64,000 nucleotides of DNA, taken from Paragordius varius. Lineage: Eukaryota > Animalia > Nematomorpha. The position numbers and the translations under genes are program-made. The notes beneath the pieces are model-generated. The model was not told where the DNA came from, made no database searches, and saw only the letters and a list, made by a program, of their open reading frames with translations. The stretch spans positions 13,578,001-13,642,000 of the forward strand of contig OZ176053.1 of the NCBI GenBank assembly GCA_964247055.1. Reading direction: 5' to 3'. Below, in pieces: positions 54,051-64,000 of this stretch (within the stretch, counting starts at the first letter, position 1; each line of letters begins with the position of its first letter).

Positions 54051-56699
54051 CGTTGTAAAAATCGGATATGAAAGAGTTTGTAAAACTATCACTATATTTT
54101 GATGTAGTCTTACTAAGAGAATGTATAAAAAATAATTTTGTTCACCGGTGACCAATATCCGATTTTTAAGGACAAAGTTTAACTTGAGTATTGATGCGAC
54201 TAGTTTAACACATTAATTTTTAAAGTATCGTTGTAAAAATCGGATATGAAAGAGTTTGTCAAACTATCTCTATATTTTGATGTAGTCTTACTAAGAGAAT
54301 GTATAAAAAATTATTTTGTTCACCGGGGACCAATATCCGATTTTTAAGGACAAAGTTTAACTTGAGTAATCATGCGACTAATTAATTTTTAAAGTATTGT
54401 TGTAAAAATCGGATATGAAAGAGTTTGCCAAACTATCTCTATATTTATATGTAGTCCTACTAAGAGAATGTATAAAAAAAAATTTGTTCACCGGTGACCA
54501 ATATCCGATTTTTAAGGACAAAGTTTAACTTGAGTATTGATGCGACTTATTGATACGACTAGTTTTATACATTAATTTATAAAGTATCGTTGTAAAAATC
54601 GGATATGAAAGAGTTTGTCAAACTATCTCTATTATTTGATGTAGTCTTGCTAAGAGAATGTATAAAAAATTATTTTGTTCACCGGTGACCAATATCCGAT
54701 TTTTAAGGACAAAGTTTAACTTGAGTATTGATGCGACTAGTTTAATACATTAATTTTTAAAGTATCGTTGTAAAAATCGGATATGAAAGAGTTTGTCAAA
54801 CTATCTCTATATTTTGATGTAGTCTTACTAAGAGAATGTATAAAAAATTATTTTGTTCACCGGGGACCAGTATCCGATTTTTAAGGACAAAGTTTAACTT
54901 GAGTATTGATGCGACTTATTGATACGACTAGTTTTATACATTAATTTATAAAGTATCGTAGTAAAAATCGGATATGAAAGAGTTTGTCAAACTATCTCTA
55001 TATTTTGATGTAGTCTTGCTAAGAGAATGTATAAAAAATAATTTTGTTCACCGGTGACCAATATCCGATTTTTAAGGACAAAGTTTAACTTGAGTATTGA
55101 TGCGATTTATTGATACGACTAGTTTTATACATTAATTTTTAAAGTATCATTGTAAAAATCGGATATGAAATAGTTTGTCAAACTATCACTATATTTTGAT
55201 GTAGTCTTACTAAGAGAATGTATAAAAAATAATTTTGTTCACCGGTGACCAATATCCGATTTTTAAGGACAAAGTTTAACTTGAGTATTGATGCGACTTA
55301 TTGATACGACCAGTTTTATACATTAATTTATAAAGTATCGTTGTGAAAATCGGATATGAAAGAGTTTGTCAAACTATCTCTATATTTTGATGTAGTCTTA
55401 CTAAGAGAATGTATAAAAAATAATTTTGTTCACCGGTGACCAATATCCGATTTTTAAGGACAAAGTTTAACTTGAGTATTGATGCGATTTATTGATACGA
55501 CTAGTTTTATACATTAATTTTTAAAGTATCATTGTAAAAATCGGATATGAAATAGTTTGTCAAACTATCACTATATTTTGATGTAGTCTTACTAAGAGAA
55601 TGTATAAAAAATAATTTTGTTCACCGGTGACCAATATCCGATTTTTAAGGACAAAGTTTAACTTGAGTATTGATGCGACTAGTTTAATACATTAATTTTT
55701 AAAGTATCGTTGTAAAAATCGGATATGAAAGAGTTTGTCAAACTATCTCTATTATTTGATGTAGTCTTGCTAAGAGAATGTATAAAAAATTATTTTGTTC
55801 ACCGGTGACCAATATCCGATTTTTAAGGACAAAGTTTAACTTGAGTATTGATGCGACTAGTTTAATACATTAATTTATAAAGTATCGTTTTTAAAAATCG
55901 GATATGAAAGAGTTTGTCAAACTATCTCTATTATTTGATGTAGTCTTGCTAAGAGAATGTATAAAAAATAATTTTGTTCACCGGGGACCAATATCCGATT
56001 TTTAAGGCCAAAGTTTAACTTGAGTATTGATGCGACTTATTGAGACTAGTTTTATACATTAATTTATAAAGTATCGTTGTGAAAATCGGATATGAAAGAG
56101 TTTGTCAAACTATCTCTATATTTTGATGTAGTCCTACTAAGAGAATGTATAAAAAATAATTTTGTTCACCGGTGACCAATATCCGATTTTTAAGGACGAA
56201 GTTTAACTTGAGTATTGATGCGACTTATTGATACGACTAGTTTTATACATTAATTTATAAAGTATCGTAGTAAAAATCGGATATGAAAGAGTTTGTCAAA
56301 CTATCTCTATATTTTGATGTAGTCTTGCTAAGAGAATGTATAAAAAATAATTTTGTTCACCGGTGACCAATATCCGATTTTTAAGGACAAAGTTTAACTT
56401 GAATATTGATGCGACTTATTGATACGACCAGTTTTATACATTAATTTATAAAGTATCGTTGTGAAAATCGGATATGAAAGAGTTTGTCAAACTATCTCTA
56501 TATTTTGATGTAGTCTTACTAAGAGAATGTAAAAAAATAATTTTGTTCACCGGTGACCAATATCCGATTTTTAAGGACAAAGTTTAACTTGAGTATTGAT
56601 GCGATTTATTGATACGACTAGTTTTATACATTAATTTTTAAAGTATCGTTGTGAAAATCGGATATGAAATAGTTTGTCAAACTATCACTATATTTTGAT

Positions 56700-59600
56700 G
56701 TAGTCTTACTAAGAGAATGTATAAAAAATAATTTTGTTCACCGGTGACCAATATCCGATTTTTAAGGACAAAGTTTAACTTGAGTATTGATGCGACTTAT
56801 TGATACGACTAGTTTTATACATTAATTTATAAAGTATCGTTGTGAAAATCGGATATGAAAGAGTTGGTCAAACTATCTCTATATTTTGATGTAGTCTTGC
56901 TAAGAGAATGTATAAAAAATAATTTTGTTCACCGGTGACCAATATCCGATTTTTAAGGACAAAGTTTAACTTGAGTATTGATGCGACTAGTTTAACACAT
57001 TAATTTTTAAAGTATCGTTGTAAAAATCGGATATGAAAGAGTTTGTCAAACTATCTGTATATTTTGATGTAGTCTTACTAAGAGAATGTATAAAAAATTA
57101 TTTTGTTCACCGGGGACCAATATCCGATTTTTAAGGACAAAGTTTAACTTGAGTAATCATGCGATTAATTTTATACATTAATTTTTAAAGTATTGTTGTA
57201 AAAATCGGATATGAAAGAGTTTGCCAAACTATCTCTATATTTATATGTAGTCCTACTAAGAGAATTTAAAAATAAATTTTGTTCACCGGTGACCAATATC
57301 CGATTTTTAAGGACAAAGTTTAACTTGAGTATTGATGCGACTTATTGATACGACTAGTTTTATACATTAATTTATAAAGTATCGTTGTAAAAATCGGATA
57401 TGAAAGAGTTTGTCAAACTATCTCTATTATTTGATGTAGTCTTGCTAAGAGAATGTATAAAAAATTATTTTGTTCACCGGTGACCAATATCCGATTTTTA
57501 AGGACAAAGTTTAACTTGAGTATTGATGCGACTAGTTTAATACATTAATTTTTAAAGTATCGTTGTAAAAATCGGATATGAAAGAGTTTGTCAAACTATC
57601 TCTATATTTTGATGTAGTCTTACTAAGAGAATGTATAAAAAATTATTTTGTTCACCGGGGACCAGTATCCGATTTTTAAGGACAAAGTTTAACTTGAGTA
57701 TTGATGCGACTTATTGATACGACTAGTTTTATACATAAATTTATAAAGTATCGTTGTAAAAATCGGATATGAAAGAGTTTGTCAAACTATCTCTATTATT
57801 TGATGTAGTCTTACTAAGAGAATGTATAAAAAATTATTTTGTTCACCGGGGACCAGTATCCGATTTTTAAGGACAAAGTTTAACTTGAGTATTGATGCGA
57901 CTTATTGATACGACTAGTTTTATACATAAATTTATAAAGTATCGTTGTAAAAATCGGATATGAAAGAGTTTGTCAAACTATCTCTATTATTTGATGTAGT
58001 CCTACTAAGAGAATGTATAAAAAATAATTTTGTTCACCGGTGACCAATATCCGATTTTTAAGGACAAAGTTTAACTTGAGTATTGATGCGACTTATTGAT
58101 ACGACTAGTTTAACACATTAATTTTTAAAGTATCGTTGTAAAAATCGGATATGAAAGAGTTTGTCAAAATATCTCTATATTTTGATGTAGTCTTGCTAAG
58201 AGAATGTATAAAAAATAATTTTGTTCACCGGTGACCAATATCCGATTATTAAGGACAAAGTTTAACTTGAGTATTGATGCGACTTATTGAGACTAGTTTT
58301 ATACATTAATTTATAAAGTATCGTTGTGAAAATCGGATATGAAAGAGTTTGTCAAACTATCTCTATATTTTGATGTAGTCTTACTAAGAGAATGTATAAA
58401 AAATAATTTTGTTCACCGGTGACCAATATCCGATTTTTAAGGACAAAGTTTAACTTGAGTATTGATGCGACTTATTGATACGACTAGTTTTATACATTAA
58501 TTTATAAAGTATCGTAGTAAAAATCGGATATGAAAGAGTTTGTCAAACTATCTCTATATTTTGATGTAGTCTTGCTAAGAGAATGTATAAAAAATAATTT
58601 TGTTCACCGGTGACCAATATCCGATTTTTAAGGACAAAGTTTAACTTGAGTATTGATGCGACTTATTGATACGACCAGTTTTATACATTAGTTTATAAAG
58701 TATCGTTGTGAAAATCGGATATGAAAGAGTTTGTCAAACTATCTCTATATTTTGATGTAGTCTTACTAAGAGAATGTATAAAAAATAATTTTGTTCACCG
58801 GTGACCAATATCCGATTTTTAAGGACAAAGTTTAACTTGAGTATTGATGCGATTTATTGATACGACTAGTTTTATACATTAATTTTTAAAGTATCATTGT
58901 AAAAATCGGATATGAAATAGTTTGTCAAACTATCACTATATTTTGATGTAGTCTTACTAAGAGAATGTATAAAAAATAATTTTGTTCACCGGTGACCAAT
59001 ATCCGATTTTTAAGGACAAAGTTTAACTTGAGTATTGATGCGACTTATTGATACGACTAGTTTTATACATTAATTTTTAAAGTATCATTGTAAAAATCGG
59101 ATATGAAATAGTTTGTCAAACTATCACTATATTTTGATGTAGTCTTACTAAGAGAATGTATAAAAAATAATTTTGTTCACCGGTGACCAATATCCGATTT
59201 TTAAGGACAAAGTTTAACTTGAGTATTGATGCGACTTATTGATACGACTAGTTTTATACATTAATTTATAAAGTATCGTTGTGAAAATCGGATATGAAAG
59301 AGTTGGTCAAACTATCTCTATATTTTGATGTAGTCTTGCTAAGAGAATGTATAAAAAATAATTTTGTTCACCGGTGACCAATATCCGATTTTTAAGGACA
59401 AAGTTTAACTTGAGTATTGATGCGACTAGTTTAACACATTAATTTTTAAAGTATCGTTGTAAAAATCGGATATGAAAGAGTTTGTCAAACTATCTGTATA
59501 TTTTGATGTAGTCTTACTAAGAGAATGTATAAAAAATTATTTTGTTCACCGGGGACCAATATCCGATTTTTAAGGACAAAGTTTAACTTGAGTAATCATG

Positions 59601-62600
59601 CGATTAATTTTATACATTAATTTTTAAAGTATTGTTGTAAAAATCGGATATGAAAGAGTTTGCCAAACTATCTCTATATTTATATGTAGTCCTACTAAGA
59701 GAATTTAAAAATAAATTTTGTTCACCGGTGACCAATATCCGATTTTTAAGGACAAAGTTTAACTTGAGTATTGATGCGACTTATTGATACGACTAGTTTT
59801 ATACATTAATTTATAAAGTATCGTTGTAAAAATCGGATATGAAAGAGTTTGTCAAACTATCTCTATTATTTGATGTAGTCTTGCTAAGAGAATGTATAAA
59901 AAATTATTTTGTTCACCGGTGACCAATATCCGATTTTTAAGGACAAAGTTTAACTTGAGTATTGATGCGACTAGTTTAATACATTAATTTTTAAAGTATC
60001 GTTGTAAAAATCGGATATGAAAGAGTTTGTCAAACTATCTCTATATTTTGATGTAGTCTTACTAAGAGAATGTATAAAAAATTATTTTGTTCACCGGGGA
60101 CCAGTATCCGATTTTTAAGGACAAAGTTTAACTTGAGTATTGATGCGACTTATTGATACGACTAGTTTTATACATAAATTTATAAAGTATCGTTGTAAAA
60201 ATCGGATATGAAAGAGTTTGTCAAACTATCTCTATTATTTGATGTAGTCCTACTAAGAGAATGTATAAAAAATAATTTTGTTCACCGGTGACCAATATCC
60301 GATTTTTAAGGACAAAGTTTAACTTGAGTATTGATGCGACTTATTGATACGACTAGTTTAACACATTAATTTTTAAAGTATCGTTGTAAAAATCGGATAT
60401 GAAAGAGTTTGTCAAAATATCTCTATATTTTGATGTAGTCTTGCTAAGAGAATGTATAAAAAATAATTTTGTTCACCGGTGACCAATATCCGATTTTTAA
60501 GGACAAAGTTTAACTTGAGTATTGATGCGACTTATTGATACGACTAGTTTAACACATTAATTTTTAAAGTATCGTTGTAAAAATCGGATATGAAAGAGTT
60601 TGTCAAAATATCTCTATATTTTGATGTAGTCTTGCTAAGAGAATGTATAAAAAATAATTTTGTTCACCGGTGACCAATATCCGATTATTAAGGACAAAGT
60701 TTAACTTGAGTATTGATGCGACTTATTGAGACTAGTTTTATACATTAATTTATAAAGTATCGTTGTGAAAATCGGATATGAAAGAGTTTGTCAAACTATC
60801 TCTATATTTTGATGTAGTCTTACTAAGAGAATGTATAAAAAATAATTTTGTTCACCGGTGACCAATATCCGATTTTTAAGGACAAAGTTTAACTTGAGTA
60901 TTGATGCGACTTATTGATACGACTAGTTTTATACATTAATTTATAAAGTATCGTAGTAAAAATCGGATATGAAAGAGTTTGTCAAACTATCTCTATATTT
61001 TGATGTAGTCTTGCTAAGAGAATGTATAAAAAATAATTTTGTTCACCGGTGACCAATATCCGATTTTTAAGGACAAAGTTTAACTTGAGTATTGATGCGA
61101 CTAGTTTAATACATTAATTTTTAAAGTATCGTTGTAAAAATCGGATATGAAAGAGTTTGTCAAACTATCTCTATATTTTGATGTAGTCTTACTAAGAGAA
61201 TGTATAAAAAATTATTTTGTTCACCGGGGACCAGTATCCGATTTTTAAGGACAAAGTTTAACTTGAGTATTGATGCGACTTATTGATACGACTAGTTTTA
61301 TACATAAATTTATAAAGTATCGTTGTGAAAATCGGATATGAAAGAGTTTGTCAAACTATCTCTATATTTTGATGTAGTCTTACTAAGAGAATGTAAAAAA
61401 ATAATTTTGTTCACCGGTGACCAATATCCGATTTTTAAGGACAAAGTTTAACTTGAGTATTGATGCGACTTATTGATACGACTAGTTTTATACATTAATT
61501 TATAAAGTATCGTTGTAAAAATCGGATATGAAAGAGTTTGTCAAACTATCTCTATTATTTGATGTAGTCTTGCTAAGAGAATGTATAAAAAATTATTTTG
61601 TTCACCGGTGACCAATATCCGATTTTTAAGGACAAAGTTTAACTTGAGTATTGATGCGACTAGTTTAATACATTAATTTTTAAAGTATCGTTGTAAAAAT
61701 CGGATATGAAAGAGTTTGTCAAACTATCTCTATATTTTGATGTAGTCTTACTAAGAGAATGTATAAAAAATTATTTTGTTCACCGGGGACCAGTATCCGA
61801 TTTTTAAGGACAAAGTTTAACTTGAGTATTGATGCGACTTATTGATACGACTAGTTTTATACATAAATTTATAAAGTATCGTTGTAAAAATCGGATATGA
61901 AAGAGTTTGTCAAACTATCTCTATTATTTGATGTAGTCTTACTAAGAGAATGTATAAAAAATTATTTTGTTCACCGGGGACCAGTATCCGATTTTTAAGG
62001 ACAAAGTTTAACTTGAGTATTGATGCGACTTATTGATACGACTAGTTTTATACATAAATTTATAAAGTATCGTTGTAAAAATCGGATATGAAAGAGTTTG
62101 TCAAACTATCTCTATTATTTGATGTAGTCCTACTAAGAGAATGTATAAAAAATAATTTTGTTCACCGGTGACCAATATCCGATTTTTAAGGACAAAGTTT
62201 AACTTGAGTATTGATGCGACTTATTGATACGACTAGTTTAACACATTAATTTTTAAAGTATCGTTGTAAAAATCGGATATGAAAGAGTTTGTCAAAATAT
62301 CTCTATATTTTGATGTAGTCTTGCTAAGAGAATGTATAAAAAATAATTTTGTTCACCGGTGACCAATATCCGATTTTTAAGGACAAAGTTTAACTTGAGT
62401 ATTGATGCGACTAGTTTAATACATTAATTTTTAAAGTATCGTTGTAAAAATCGGATATGAAAGAGTTTGTCAAACTATCTCTATATTTTGATGTAGTCTT
62501 ACTAAGAGAATGTATAAAAAATTATTTTGTTCACCGGGGACCAGTATCCGATTTTTAAGGACAAAGTTTAACTTGAGTATTGATGCGACTTATTGATACG

Positions 62601-64000
62601 ACTAGTTTTATACATAAATTTATAAAGTATCGTTGTAAAAATCGGATATGAAAGAGTTTGTCAAACTATCTCTATTATTTGATGTAGTCTTACTAAGAGA
62701 ATGTATAAAAAATTATTTTGTTCACCGGGGACCAGTATCCGATTTTTAAGGACAAAGTTTAACTTGAGTATTGATGCGACTTATTGATACGACTAGTTTT
62801 ATACATAAATTTATAAAGTATCGTTGTAAAAATCGGATATGAAAGAGTTTGTCAAACTATCTCTATTATTTGATGTAGTCCTACTAAGAGAATGTATAAA
62901 AAATAATTTTGTTCACCGGTGACCAATATCCGATTTTTAAGGACAAAGTTTAACTTGAGTATTGATGCGACTTATTGATACGACTAGTTTAACACATTAA
63001 TTTTTAAAGTATCGTTGTAAAAATCGGATATGAAAGAGTTTGTCAAAATATCTCTATATTTTGATGTAGTCTTGCTAAGAGAATGTATAAAAAATAATTT
63101 TGTTCACCGGTGACCAATATCCGATTATTAAGGACAAAGTTTAACTTGAGTATTGATGCGACTTATTGAGACTAGTTTTATACATTAATTTATAAAGTAT
63201 CGTTGTGAAAATCGGATATGAAAGAGTTTGTCAAACTATCTCTATATTTTGATGTAGTCTTACTAAGAGAATGTATAAAAAATAATTTTGTTCACCGGTG
63301 ACCAATATCCGATTTTTAAGGACAAAGTTTAACTTGAGTATTGATGCGACTTATTGATACGACTAGTTTTATACATTAATTTATAAAGTATCGTAGTAAA
63401 AATCGGATATGAAAGAGTTTGTCAAACTATCTCTATATTTTGATGTAGTCTTGCTAAGAGAATGTATAAAAAATAATTTTGTTCACCGGTGACCAATATC
63501 CGATTTTTAAGGACAAAGTTTAACTTGAGTATTGATGCGACTTATTGATACGACCAGTTTTATACATTAGTTTATAAAGTATCGTTGTGAAAATCGGATA
63601 TGAAAGAGTTTGTCAAACTATCTCTATATTTTGATGTAGTCTTACTAAGAGAATGTATAAAAAATAATTTTGTTCACCGGTGACCAATATCCGATTTTTA
63701 AGGACAAAGTTTAACTTGAGTATTGATGCGATTTATTGATACGACTAGTTTTATACATTAATTTTTAAAGTATCATTGTAAAAATCGGATATGAAATAGT
63801 TTGTCAAACTATCACTATATTTTGATGTAGTCTTACTAAGAGAATGTATAAAAAATAATTTTGTTCACCGGTGACCAATATCCGATTTTTAAGGACAAAG
63901 TTTAACTTGAGTATTGATGCGACTTATTGATACGACTAGTTTTATACATTAATTTTTAAAGTATCATTGTAAAAATCGGATATGAAATAGTTTGTCAAAC
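56700..64000 (-). repeat. ~2.44-kb HOR-like periodicity (~13 monomers), dominated by 191-bp monomers
   Basis: CTGTAT 57055/59494, GAATTTAAAA 57262/59701, GATTATT 58244/60683/63123, GAGACTAG 58289/60728/63168. GACCAG 58673/63552 is two periods apart. Confidence 0.92.

Larger units (their letters stand above)
8953..64000 (-). repeat. Same satellite family in reverse-complement orientation (~300 monomers of mainly 176/178/179/191 bp; continues beyond the right edge)
   Basis: The repeating unit ...GTTCACCGGTGACCAATATCCGATTTTTAAGGACAAAGTTTAACTTG... is the reverse complement of the left unit. GGACAAAG recurs at 9189, 9367, 9545, 9721, 9912 (spacings 178, 178, 176, 191). Confidence 0.99.

Noticed and set aside
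1-64000. Protein-coding ORFs
   Set aside because: Translating the monomer gives stop codons in all three forward and all three reverse frames within each unit (e.g. GTT TGA, TTT TAG, CGG TGA; GTT TAA, CAT TAA, ACT TGA). No long ORF is apparent.
1-64000. CRISPR array
   Set aside because: There are no unique spacers. The whole unit is repeated, and the conserved palindrome is embedded in equally repeated sequence. No cas genes.
1-64000. Promoters, terminators, tRNA/rRNA or telomeric repeats
   Set aside because: TATA-like and T-rich strings are expected by chance at ~73% AT. No cloverleaf, rRNA-like or short telomeric motif is present.
9000-64000. Monomer variant order as an information-encoding or programmed diversity system
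   Set aside because: The variant order is explained by ordinary block duplication and recombination at fixed offsets. There is no recombinase, reverse transcriptase or variable cassette to support a dedicated system.

Overview
The whole 64-kb window is one AT-rich (~27% GC in the reference monomer) tandem satellite DNA family of about 350 monomers. The base unit is 178 bp, with common 175, 176, 179 and 191 bp length variants. I found no coding sequence, RNA gene, CRISPR array or inserted mobile element. The array is split by a clean orientation switch at 8952/8953: about 50 monomers on the + strand (1-8952), then about 300 monomers of the same family in reverse complement (8953-64000), with no foreign DNA at the junction. 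The two arms carry different diagnostic variants, but the first inverted monomer is an exact 146-bp reverse complement of 3051-3196. The array is organised as regionally confined, nested multi-monomer duplications (HOR-like; offsets 355, 692, 1104, ~1833-2022, 2008, ~2439, 2915, 2922, 4807, 5103, 5942, 9994 bp). The monomer is rich in dyad symmetry, and several copies carry clustered changes that turn its quasi-palindromes into perfect palindromes, a signature of template switching. It resembles eukaryotic (peri)centromeric or heterochromatic satellite DNA, but I cannot identify the species or name the family from the sequence. I see no new gene-encoded system; the interest lies in array architecture and mutational mechanism. 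Offsets were read by eye from diagnostic variants, and block boundaries are approximate.
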